A stretch of DNA of 64,000 bases from Candidatus Zixiibacteriota bacterium (lineage in GTDB: Bacteria > Zixibacteria > MSB-5A5 > GN15 > PGXB01): NCBI GenBank assembly GCA_040753495.1, contig JBFMEF010000048.1, positions 1,594 to 65,593 on the forward strand, in the 5' to 3' direction. The notes under the pieces were generated by a model. It saw nothing but the letters and a program-made list of their open reading frames with translations. It did not search any database and was not told where the DNA came from. This document shows, piece after piece, positions 17,270 to 24,627 of the stretch. Position numbers and translations under genes: made by a program. Numbering within the stretch: the first letter of the stretch is position 1; each line of letters begins with the position of its first letter.

Positions 17270-17605
17270 CTAAAACGATTTCACCGCTTCTTCAACGGAA
17301 TCAAATGCCTCAAATACCGTAATCAGTTTTGTTATCGTTAGAAGCGATTGGATCTTGCCGGTCACATTAGCCAGTTTCAATTCCCCCTGATTATTCCTCA
17401 AAGTTGTCAGACCGGAAATCAGGATTCCCAGCCCGGTCGAATTCATCCACTCCACTTTGGCCATATCGACCACAACTTTCTTTTGCCCCTTTTCGATATA
17501 TTCGTGGAGTTTCTCATGCAAGACGGTGGCATCAGGGCCGCCCATTATTTTTCCTTTCGGCTCCAGCACCACCACTCCGTCCTTTTCATAATTACTAAGC
17601 TTCAT
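17270..17605 (-). CDS. STAS-domain anti-sigma-factor antagonist (RsbV/SpoIIAA-like)
   Basis: 111 aa with the STAS pattern and the phosphorylatable-Ser motif context VEWMNSTGLGIL. A GGAGG/TGAGGA SD lies upstream. Confidence 0.85.
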   Translation of the reverse strand: MKLSNYEKDGVVVLEPKGKIMGGPDATVLHEKLHEYIEKGQKKVVVDMAKVEWMNSTGLGILISGLTTLRNNQGELKLANVTGKIQSLLTITKLITVFEAFDSVEEAVKSF

Positions 17606-17943
17606 TAAGTCCTCAGCCTCCGCTTCTATCTATAAGTTTACGTATTCATCGCCATCAAGTTACACAGGGTATAATCGCGCTAAACGATTAATCTGATTCA
17701 GCTTGCAAAATCCGCAATTAATCAGTTGGTGTCAAGCCATTTTTCGAAGTTATGGCAGGTCCAGCTCCGTTAGGCAGCCGGCAACTATTCTCAGCTTCCT
17801 TCAACAGAACTTGGCTAATGCATCAAGTCGATTTCCGAATAGTTGAATACCTGTCAGTTTCTGGCACCGGCGGGCAACCTGAAAGGGTAACTACCTGCCA
17901 AATGTCCGTTAGATACAAAATAACGCCCCCTGATGCCATTGTT

Positions 17944-17990
17944 ACACAATATATTGTGATTTTTTGCAAAAAATCGCAATTTTTATATTG
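17944..17990. promoter_or_regulatory. tandem NrdR boxes (one strong, one degenerate)
   Basis: acACAATATATTGTga (17944-17959) contains a 14-bp perfect palindrome that matches the NrdR-box consensus acaCwAtATaTwGtgt. A second, weaker AT-rich box (caatttttatattg, 17977-17990) lies about 31 bp away centre to centre. It overlaps the -35 element upstream of thyX-nrdJ. Confidence 0.55.
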
Positions 17991-18016
17991 ACACTTTTCG
18001 TATTTTTGATTAGAGT
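17988..18016 (+). promoter_or_regulatory. candidate sigma70-type promoter of thyX-nrdJ
   Basis: TTGACA (17988-17993), then 17 nt, then TAGAGT (18011-18016). This leaves a leader of about 175 nt before thyX. Confidence 0.4.
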
Positions 18017-18193
18017 GTCGGTCGGCTTGGCGATATAGTCGAGTAGTCCCCCGGCAGTCAAGCGCGTTTAGGTATCTAATTATATATTAATGGCTTACGA
18101 GGAAAAGCCGGCAACGGTAACGGGAGTTTTTGCCCCAACTCGCCTGCCTCGAAAAATGTGAGACTTATATAAAGCAAAATAAGGTATTATATC

Positions 18194-18880
18194 ATGGATG
18201 TCACTTTAACAGACCGGGCAAAGGAAATGTCTAAATTAGTCGCCACACCATCGGTCGAACTGATGGCAATCACCCCTAATGCCGAGCAGGTTATTGAGCT
18301 TGCCTGTCGTACCTGTTATCTCTCCTTCCATCGTTTTTCTCCGCCCTCCTCAACGGAAGAACTGATCAAGAAGGTAATCCGGAAGAAACACCACTCCGTC
18401 CTCGAGCATGCCCTTGCCACCTTTCGCATCAAGGGGGGCTCTCGTGTTTTCACGCATGAACTGGTGCGACATCGTCTCATGTCTCCTTCGCAGGAGTCGC
18501 AGCGATATGTCGAATACGGCAAAGTGCGGGAATTTGATGTCGTCGTGCCGCCGACCATTGAACAATCGGGCTACAAAGACCGATACTTAGAATTAGCGGC
18601 GCAATGCGAGCAGTTTTATTCGGAGATGGTTAAAGCCGGCGTGCCCAAGGAAGATGCCCGCTATATTTTGCCCAACGGCACTACTTCTGAGATTGTCATC
18701 TCGGCAAATTTCCGGGAATATCGGCATATTTTTGAAGTCCGCTGCAATCCGCGGGCGCACTGGGAGATAAGAAAAATCTGTATGATTATGCTGGAAGTTA
18801 TGAAAAAAGAGGCTCCTATCGTGTTTGGTGATTTTCAAATCGACAGAGAAACCAATTCCGCAACCTTGATTGAATCTTAG
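18194..18880 (+). CDS. thyX: FAD-dependent thymidylate synthase
   Basis: 228 aa containing the ThyX signature RHRLMSPSQESQRY (RHRxxSxxxxSxRY). Confidence 0.92.
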   Translation: MDVTLTDRAKEMSKLVATPSVELMAITPNAEQVIELACRTCYLSFHRFSPPSSTEELIKKVIRKKHHSVLEHALATFRIKGGSRVFTHELVRHRLMSPSQESQRYVEYGKVREFDVVVPPTIEQSGYKDRYLELAAQCEQFYSEMVKAGVPKEDARYILPNGTTSEIVISANFREYRHIFEVRCNPRAHWEIRKICMIMLEVMKKEAPIVFGDFQIDRETNSATLIES

Positions 18881-18889
18881 GAGGTCGTC

Positions 18890-21154
18890 ATGGAAGATGA
18901 CAAAGATTACCAGCTGAGCGAAAATTCCATCAAAGTTCTTGAACGGCGCTATCTCAAGAAAGATGACCAGGGACGTGTGGTGGAGACTCCCGAAGAGCTC
19001 TTCCGCCGCGTGGCAAAAGCCATCGCCGAGCCGGATAAGAAATTCGGCGCCACTCCGGAACAGGTGCAGGAGATTGAAGATAAGTTTTACAACTTGATGT
19101 ATCGTCTCGAATTCATGCCGAATTCGCCGACCCTTATGAACGCCGGTCGCCCGCTCGGGCAACTCTCCGCCTGTTTTGTTTTGCCGGTCGATGATTCGAT
19201 GGAATCTATCTTTGACGCCGTCAAGCATACCGCCCTGATTCACAAGTCGGGGGGAGGCACCGGATTTTCCTTTTCCCGCCTTCGTCCCCGGCATGCCATG
19301 GTCGCCTCCACTTCCGGAGTTGCTTCCGGTCCCATCTCTTTTATGCGGGTTATCAACTCCGCCACCGAGGCGGTGAAACAGGGGGGAACCCGCCGGGGTG
19401 CCAATATGGGTATCCTCCGCGTCGACCACCCGGATATTCTTGAATTCATCTCTTGCAAGGACGACCTGTCGGAACTGACCAATTTCAATATTTCTGTCGC
19501 CATTACCGACGCCTTCATGCGCGCCGTGGAAGCGGGCGGCAAATATGAACTGATTGACCCCCGTACCGGGTCCGTTTACGCCAAAGAGGGCAAGCCGGTC
19601 TATCTCGACGCCCGCGAAGTTTTCAACAAGATTATCGAGCATGCCCATCGCACCGGCGAACCGGGATTGATGTATCTCGACCGGATGAACGAAGGAAATC
19701 CGGTCACCCGGGTGGCTCTCTACGAGTCAACCAATCCCTGTGGCGAGCAGCCGCTCCTTCCATACGAAAGCTGCAACCTCGGTTCTTTGAATCTGAGCAA
19801 AATGGTCCGCGCGGTGGTTGATTTCAATTCGCCTCACGCCCTTTCTCGCTATGAAATCGACTGGGAGAAACTTGACCGCACGGTGCGCCTCTGCGTCCAT
19901 TTCCTTGACAATGTTATCGAAGCCAACAAATACCCCCTTCCCGAAATCGATTTCAACACCAAAGAAAATCGCAAAATCGGTCTCGGTCTGATGGGCTGGG
20001 CCGATATGCTAATCATGCTCGGCATCCCCTACAGCTCCCAGCAGGCGCTTGACCTTGCCGAACGGCTGATGTCCCGCGTCCAGAATGTCAGTCATGATGA
20101 ATCGCAACGGCTCGCCGAGACCCGCGGCGTTTTTCCCAACTGGGAGAAATCGTTCTTTTACCGCGACGGACAGGGTCCGCGGATGCGCAATTCCACCGTC
20201 ACGACTATTGCCCCCACCGGCACTATTTCAATTATTGCCGGATGCTCCTCCGGTATCGAACCGATCTTTGCCGTCTCCTATGTCAGGACCGTGATGGACA
20301 AGACCCGCCTCATCGAAGTCAATCCTCTCTTTGAAGCGGTCGCCCGTTCCCGCGGATTCTATTCGCCGGAATTGATGGAGCGAATTGCCCAGACTAACTC
20401 AATTGCCTCGTTCAGTGAAATCCCCGATGACGTCAAGCGCGTTTTTGTCACCGCTCACGATGTCTCTCCGGAATGGCATGTCCGAATGCAGGCCGCCTTC
20501 CAGAAATATACCGATAACGCCGTTTCCAAGACTATCAATCTCCCCAAGGATGCCACCCCGGAAGATGTCCGCACCGCTTATCTGCTGGCTTACAAACTCG
20601 GCTGTAAAGGAATCACGATTTATCGTGACGGCAGCCGGGCCGACCAGGTTCTTTCTACCGGTCATACCCAGACCGCCGGCAAAACGACATCAGTACCGGT
20701 GGCGACTACCATTCAGGACCGCCCCGAAGTTCTTCAGGGGGTCACCCAGAAAATCAAAACCGGTTATGGAAATCTTTATATCACCGTCAATATGTACGAA
20801 GGGAAACCTTTTGAGGTTTTCGCCCAGATTGGGAAATCCGGTTATTCTACCATGGCCGATACCGAGGCTATCTGCCGCCTGATTTCGCTCGCCTTTCGTT
20901 CCGGAATACCGGTGGAGAGAGTCGTGGAGCAACTGCGCGGTATTGGCGGTGGCCAGCCGGTCTTCGGAAGCGGCGGATTAATCTCATCCATCCCGGACGC
21001 TATCGCTCAGGTCTTGCATAAACTTTTTGGCAACGGCGCCAAACTGGAAAAAGAAAAAGACCTCACCGAAGAGTTCTGCCCCGATTGCGCCTCCCGTATC
21101 GAGCATGAGGGGGGATGTCTCGTCTGCCACGCCTGTGGTTATTCAAAATGCTGA
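18890..21154 (+). CDS. nrdJ: adenosylcobalamin-dependent (class II) ribonucleotide reductase
   Basis: 754 aa with an AGGAGG SD. It has the active-site motif NPCGEQPLLPYESCNLGS, AVSKTINLP, and a C-terminal CPDC...CHAC zinc ribbon, all typical of monomeric/dimeric NrdJ. Confidence 0.9.
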   Translation: MEDDKDYQLSENSIKVLERRYLKKDDQGRVVETPEELFRRVAKAIAEPDKKFGATPEQVQEIEDKFYNLMYRLEFMPNSPTLMNAGRPLGQLSACFVLPVDDSMESIFDAVKHTALIHKSGGGTGFSFSRLRPRHAMVASTSGVASGPISFMRVINSATEAVKQGGTRRGANMGILRVDHPDILEFISCKDDLSELTNFNISVAITDAFMRAVEAGGKYELIDPRTGSVYAKEGKPVYLDAREVFNKIIEHAHRTGEPGLMYLDRMNEGNPVTRVALYESTNPCGEQPLLPYESCNLGSLNLSKMVRAVVDFNSPHALSRYEIDWEKLDRTVRLCVHFLDNVIEANKYPLPEIDFNTKENRKIGLGLMGWADMLIMLGIPYSSQQALDLAERLMSRVQNVSHDESQRLAETRGVFPNWEKSFFYRDGQGPRMRNSTVTTIAPTGTISIIAGCSSGIEPIFAVSYVRTVMDKTRLIEVNPLFEAVARSRGFYSPELMERIAQTNSIASFSEIPDDVKRVFVTAHDVSPEWHVRMQAAFQKYTDNAVSKTINLPKDATPEDVRTAYLLAYKLGCKGITIYRDGSRADQVLSTGHTQTAGKTTSVPVATTIQDRPEVLQGVTQKIKTGYGNLYITVNMYEGKPFEVFAQIGKSGYSTMADTEAICRLISLAFRSGIPVERVVEQLRGIGGGQPVFGSGGLISSIPDAIAQVLHKLFGNGAKLEKEKDLTEEFCPDCASRIEHEGGCLVCHACGYSKC

Positions 21155-21167
21155 TTCTGCCGATATA

Positions 21168-21204
21168 TCTTCGGGGGAGTATATGCGATTATACTCCCCG
21201 AAGA
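21168..21204 (+). other. strong RNA hairpin between nrdJ and the next ORF
   Basis: cttcgggggagtata-(6-nt loop)-tatactccccgaag forms a 14-bp stem with one bulged G. It ends 4 nt before the ATG at 21209. No T-run follows. Confidence 0.45.
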
Positions 21205-21208
21205 AATT

Positions 21209-21934
21209 ATGGCACAAGCTGACTTCATACCGGCGGGAAGAACCTCCCGCATCGTCAAAGGCGCGGTCGAACTGCAGATTCAGACCGAGTATGCATATCG
21301 ACCAAACCCCCGTTTAACGACGTCTATTTTTTCCAAGGGTCAGGTTCTTCATAAAATCGAAAAGGACCTGGCGGCGCCAATTGCCTCAATGGAAGAAAAA
21401 CTGAAAGTCGAGGGGCTTCTGCGCAAACAGCATATGGAAGTGATGGAGATTCTCAATGACGGTCAGTTTGTCAATCGCATCATGCAGCAGATTTCCCCGT
21501 CGACACCGCCGTCCGGCGTCAAGATTGCCCGCGCCCCCGAGCCGCCCCGAAAAACCGCTCCTGAGGATACGCCGACCGCGGTCGAAACAACGCCGCTTCG
21601 CCCCAAGGTATCGCTCCTCAACCGCTTCTCAGAAATTGAAGGAGTGGAGAAAATCTATCGCATTGACCCGGATGGCAATTTTGATTCTGATGCCGTCTCT
21701 TCCGACCTCAAAAAAAAATATGCTCCGATTTTCAAGGGGCTGCGCGAATTGCTCGATATTTTCCGCGACCTGCCCGGCGGACGCAAAGAGGAAGGCGTTT
21801 ATGTCATCGAGCATAACCGACTTTATCTGATTTCTTCCGGATTCGAATTTTACTTTGTGCTTACCCGCCGGCAGAAAGCAGCCAAAAACTACGAAGCCGA
21901 ATTTCATCGCCTTATCTTGGAACAATTCAGTTAA
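21209..21934 (+). CDS. hypothetical protein (two globular parts joined by a Pro/Thr-rich linker)
   Basis: 241-aa ORF co-oriented with nrdJ. No family is recognised. It contains an A9 homopolymer at 21710-21718 (codons KKK). Confidence 0.6.
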   Translation: MAQADFIPAGRTSRIVKGAVELQIQTEYAYRPNPRLTTSIFSKGQVLHKIEKDLAAPIASMEEKLKVEGLLRKQHMEVMEILNDGQFVNRIMQQISPSTPPSGVKIARAPEPPRKTAPEDTPTAVETTPLRPKVSLLNRFSEIEGVEKIYRIDPDGNFDSDAVSSDLKKKYAPIFKGLRELLDIFRDLPGGRKEEGVYVIEHNRLYLISSGFEFYFVLTRRQKAAKNYEAEFHRLILEQFS

Positions 21935-22283
21935 TATATTTCGCCATCCCCGCTTTCGCGTCGAAATCCAGCACAATACTCTCCCGCCCTCGCGGTGACC
22001 GGCAATCTCAATTCAGGGGGAAGAAAGAAAAAAAGAATGGAGAGGGCAAATAGCTTTGAAAAAACTCCTCAATTCCTTACGGTAAAGGGTTTTTACAGCC
22101 GCTTCCGGTATTTTGCTTTCGCTACCCAGCCAGAGGCGGGGGTCACGGCGTGCGCGCAACCATGAAGAGACAACCTTCATTATTGAGTTGTTAGAGATTT
22201 TTCAAAAATCAACCCTCTCCAACTCATTTGTCAGCGGCAATGTACCGACTTCAAATTTCTTACGCAACTACTTTTTCAAAATA

Positions 22284-22312
22284 TTGCAAAAAAATTAGAT
22301 TTCATTTATCAT
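22284..22312 (+). promoter_or_regulatory. candidate sigma70-type promoter of acpS-pyrE
   Basis: TTGCAA (22284-22289), then 17 nt, then TATCAT (22307-22312). It lies 40 nt upstream of the acpS ATG. Confidence 0.35.
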
Positions 22313-22352
22313 CTTCATTAGATATTTTCGGAAACAGAAAGTGAAATATTAA

Positions 22353-22724
22353 ATGATTTATTCGCTGGGCATCGATATTATTCAAACCGACCGGGTAAAG
22401 AAGGCTCTTGAAACCTGGGGCGGAAAATTCGCCGACAAAATTCTGGGCGAGGAAGAGATGGAAATATTTTCCGCCAAATTTAACAAGGTGCAATTTCTTG
22501 CGGGACGATTCGCCGCCAAAGAGGCCGTCATCAAATGCCTCGGCGCCTTCTTTGATGAGCGGGTCTCCTTCAGACAGATTCAGATTCTCAATGACCTCTA
22601 CGGAAAACCGTATGTGCATCTCGATGACCCGATTCGGGAGCGAATACTGGACAAAGAAGTCAAGATATCCATCACGCACGAACGTCAAATGGCTGCCGCC
22701 GTCGCCATCATCACAGGAGACTGA
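22353..22724 (+). CDS. acpS: holo-[acyl-carrier-protein] synthase
   Basis: 123 aa. The N-terminal GIDIIQTDRV, RFAAKEAVIKC and ISITHE motifs match AcpS 4'-phosphopantetheinyl transferases. Confidence 0.9.
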   Translation: MIYSLGIDIIQTDRVKKALETWGGKFADKILGEEEMEIFSAKFNKVQFLAGRFAAKEAVIKCLGAFFDERVSFRQIQILNDLYGKPYVHLDDPIRERILDKEVKISITHERQMAAAVAIITGD

Positions 22725-22725
22725 A

Positions 22726-23313
22726 ATGGACGAAAATAAAGTTCTTGAAATTTTCAAAGAGTCTGATGCCCTGCTGGAGGGTCATTTCAAACTGACTTCC
22801 GGCAAGCATAGCGATATCTACTACGAAAAATTCATGATTCTCAAACGCCCCCGTCTGTGCGAAAAAGTCTGTGCCGCCCTGGCGCAGAAATTTGCCAAGG
22901 ACAATGTCGAACTGGTGGTCGGTCCCACTACCGGCGGCGTCATTATCGCTTATGAAGTCGCCCGATGTCTCGGGGTTGATGCCATCTACGCCGAGCCGGC
23001 CGAAGCGGGGAAAGGGCGGATTTTCAAACGGGGATTCCATATTGATGAAGGGACGCGCGTTTTAATTGTCGATGACGTCCTCACCACCGGAACCTCTATC
23101 GTTGAAGTCATTAATCTTGTCGGTTCCTATAAGGCGAACATAGTCGGGATTGGACTTTTTCTTGACCGCTCCGGCGGCAAGATAAAATTCGATTACCCTC
23201 TGGAACCTCTCGCCACCGTCGCCGCCAACGCCTGGGAACCGGAGGTCTGTCCTCTCTGCAAGAAAGGAATCCCGCTTACCCAACGGGGGAGCCGGAAATT
23301 CCAGAAGGCGTAG
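22726..23313 (+). CDS. pyrE: orotate phosphoribosyltransferase
   Basis: The ATG at 22726 lies 1 nt after the acpS stop. The product is 195 aa with GHFKLTSGKHSDIY and the PRPP-binding loop VLIVDDVLTTGTS. The ORF-track extension to 22408 overlaps acpS and is rejected. Confidence 0.9.
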   Translation: MDENKVLEIFKESDALLEGHFKLTSGKHSDIYYEKFMILKRPRLCEKVCAALAQKFAKDNVELVVGPTTGGVIIAYEVARCLGVDAIYAEPAEAGKGRIFKRGFHIDEGTRVLIVDDVLTTGTSIVEVINLVGSYKANIVGIGLFLDRSGGKIKFDYPLEPLATVAANAWEPEVCPLCKKGIPLTQRGSRKFQKA

Positions 23314-23430
23314 GTTATTCTGCTTTCCGTCGTTAGTTGCTTCATCTGACGGGCTAAGTCATTCCCGGCTTGCCCGGAATCGATATCAAAATTCTATTAG
23401 TAAATTCCCCCGGCCGATATTGGTAGAGTG

Positions 23431-23459
23431 TTGCAATCCGGATAGAAATTGTGTAGATT
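23431..23459 (+). promoter_or_regulatory. candidate sigma70-type promoter
   Basis: TTGCAA (23431-23436), then 17 nt, then TAGATT (23454-23459). It lies about 55 nt upstream of the ATG at 23513. Confidence 0.35.
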
Positions 23460-23512
23460 TTATTCGGCAACTTACAGCGCTATGCGTAGCAAATATAGTT
23501 CTGGAGGGTACT

Positions 23513-24274
23513 ATGAAATTGCCATTTCGACTCAGTCTCCTAATCGCCCTTGTCATTGCCGTGCCGTCGTCGAGTATTCAAGCCGGCCCGGATAAGAATC
23601 CGTGGAGAGCAGAAATCTCCGTTCGCTCTACGGTCGGTACCTGGGAAATCGCCTTCGAGCGCCAGCCATACTATGGTGATGTCGAAGGATATTTGTACGA
23701 CAAACTCCATACTCGAACATCGAAAATTGGCATTACCTACGGACCGCGAGCGAAAATATATTATGGATCACTTTTTCTCTCGGCCGAAGTCGAGTTTGGT
23801 GAATTCCGTTATCATGGCGCGGGGAGCAGTAACATGCAAACCGCAAATTTCGAGTTTGGTTGGGCCGAATTATCGGATAAGAGCGCAAATATACATCTAT
23901 TCTTGGCCTATCGCTGGTTTCGGGCTGACGTCGATTCCTTGAATCCGCTGATAAGAGACCATTCGGTTAATAGCATCGGCTTGGGCCTTGCTTTCGGCGC
24001 CCCAAGGGCATCCTCTTTTCGCTGGAGTATTGAGGGCACCGTAATTCCGCTTTCGCTTTTGCCGAGTCTGTTTGACTGGGATAGAATTTCCGGATCTGAT
24101 ATGGCAATGTCCGTGGCCGCCATAATCGGTTACAAGTCGAATCGCTCCCGCTTGTTCATTGACCTCGGGTATCACTTCTCGATTTTTGATGGCATCCTGG
24201 AAGCGCGCGAAAAAGTAGAATACAACAGCATATTGTCCGTTCGTCACGGCGTTCTCCTGCGAGCCGGTTATTAA
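23513..24274 (+). CDS. hypothetical outer-membrane beta-barrel protein
   Basis: The ATG at 23513 has a GGAGGG SD upstream. The signal peptide is MKLPFRLSLLIALVIAVPSSSIQA. The protein shows an alternating amphipathic strand pattern and an aromatic C-terminus (LLRAGY). Confidence 0.65.
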   Translation: MKLPFRLSLLIALVIAVPSSSIQAGPDKNPWRAEISVRSTVGTWEIAFERQPYYGDVEGYLYDKLHTRTSKIGITYGPRAKIYYGSLFLSAEVEFGEFRYHGAGSSNMQTANFEFGWAELSDKSANIHLFLAYRWFRADVDSLNPLIRDHSVNSIGLGLAFGAPRASSFRWSIEGTVIPLSLLPSLFDWDRISGSDMAMSVAAIIGYKSNRSRLFIDLGYHFSIFDGILEAREKVEYNSILSVRHGVLLRAGY

Positions 24275-24375
24275 GAATTCGTCGGATTATTCTGTGCCGC
24301 TCTGCCTATAGCGGAATCCAAATCTGTCCGGTTCATTGGGCGACATTTGCGACTTAAGTTTCGACATCTTCTTCT

Positions 24376-24551
24376 GCGGGGCATGTGCCCCGCGCTCGTG
24401 CCAAATCTGTTCCGCCCTGTGGAATAAATACCCTTGTAAATATTGAATCCACCATTGCTGGTGGATTCTGGCAGGAGCCCGCCGCAGGCGGGGACCCTGC
24501 TCTACTAAAGATATTTCCCCAGAAAGCGTCGTCAGGAGTCCCTCCTGACGA
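24376..24551. other. cluster of four perfect GC-rich hairpins (candidate structured RNA or REP-like elements)
   Basis: Four hairpins are present. H1 24376-24393 (gcggggca/tgccccgc). H2 24445-24468 (gaatccacc/ggtggattc). H3 24471-24500 (gcagg..cccgcc/ggcggg..cctgc). H4 24529-24551 (tcgtcaggag/ctcctgacga). None is followed by a T-run. Confidence 0.3.
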
Positions 24552-24600
24552 AATCTTCTCAGCTTTCAGCCCCTTCAGGTCGAATCCCGCGCGCATTCGA

Positions 24601-24627
24601 AATTTGAAAACGTCTACATTCTGTAGA
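24601..24627 (-). terminator. rho-independent terminator of the hldC-like gene
   Basis: On the minus strand: tctaca-gaa-tgtaga, a hairpin containing the TAG stop, followed by cgTTTTcaaaTTT. Confidence 0.5.

Noticed and set aside
17754-17782. SRP-RNA-like string GGCAGGTCC...GGCAGCC.
   Set aside because: It lacks the GNRA-capped helix-8 hairpin and the symmetric-loop pairing. The intervening sequence cannot fold into the conserved domain IV.
18020-18193. Possible cobalamin riboswitch in the leader of the B12-dependent RNR operon.
   Set aside because: I found no B12-box (AGYCMGgAgaCCkGCc-like) or GCCACUG core element. A B12-dependent enzyme would also not be expected to be repressed by B12.
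17606-18193. Replication origin (oriC) at the strand-switch point: almost all genes to the left are on the minus strand and almost all to the right are on the plus strand, and the spacer is AT-rich.
   Set aside because: I found no cluster of DnaA boxes (TTATCCACA or its complement). There is only one 7-of-9 match, far away at 24418. No dnaA, dnaN or gidA is nearby. GC skew was not computed, and the divergence is adequately explained by two divergent operons.
18593-19648. 351-aa minus-strand ORF antisense to nrdJ. Similar long antisense ORFs are 34762-36081 (439 aa, opposite accC), 42630-43217, 43554-44177, 53869-54531, 56587-57288 and 58049-58738.
   Set aside because: Each lies entirely inside a confidently identified gene on the other strand. 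Their translations are low-complexity (R/G/P/H-rich), and none has an SD or a recognisable motif. These are typical shadow ORFs.
21948-21985. tmRNA-like 5' motif on the minus strand (GGGAGAGTATTGTGCTGGATTTCGACGCGAAAGCGGGG resembles GGGG...GGATTCGAC).
   Set aside because: A tmRNA would extend about 350 nt downstream into the 21209-21934 CDS. No T-arm or ..TCCACCA 3' end, and no tag-reading-frame context, is found there. The resemblance is limited to one short motif.
22247-22259. gacTTCAAATttc, and the similar ttgattcaaatcc at about 6623-6635, as possible tRNA-Sec anticodon loops given selA/selB in the window.
   Set aside because: The flanking bases do not form an anticodon stem. No acceptor, D or T arms could be built around either site.
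22408-22725. 5' extension of the pyrE ORF given in the ORF track (301 aa).
   Set aside because: The extension overlaps acpS in another frame and has no similarity to PyrE. The canonical PyrE N-terminus begins at the ATG at 22726.
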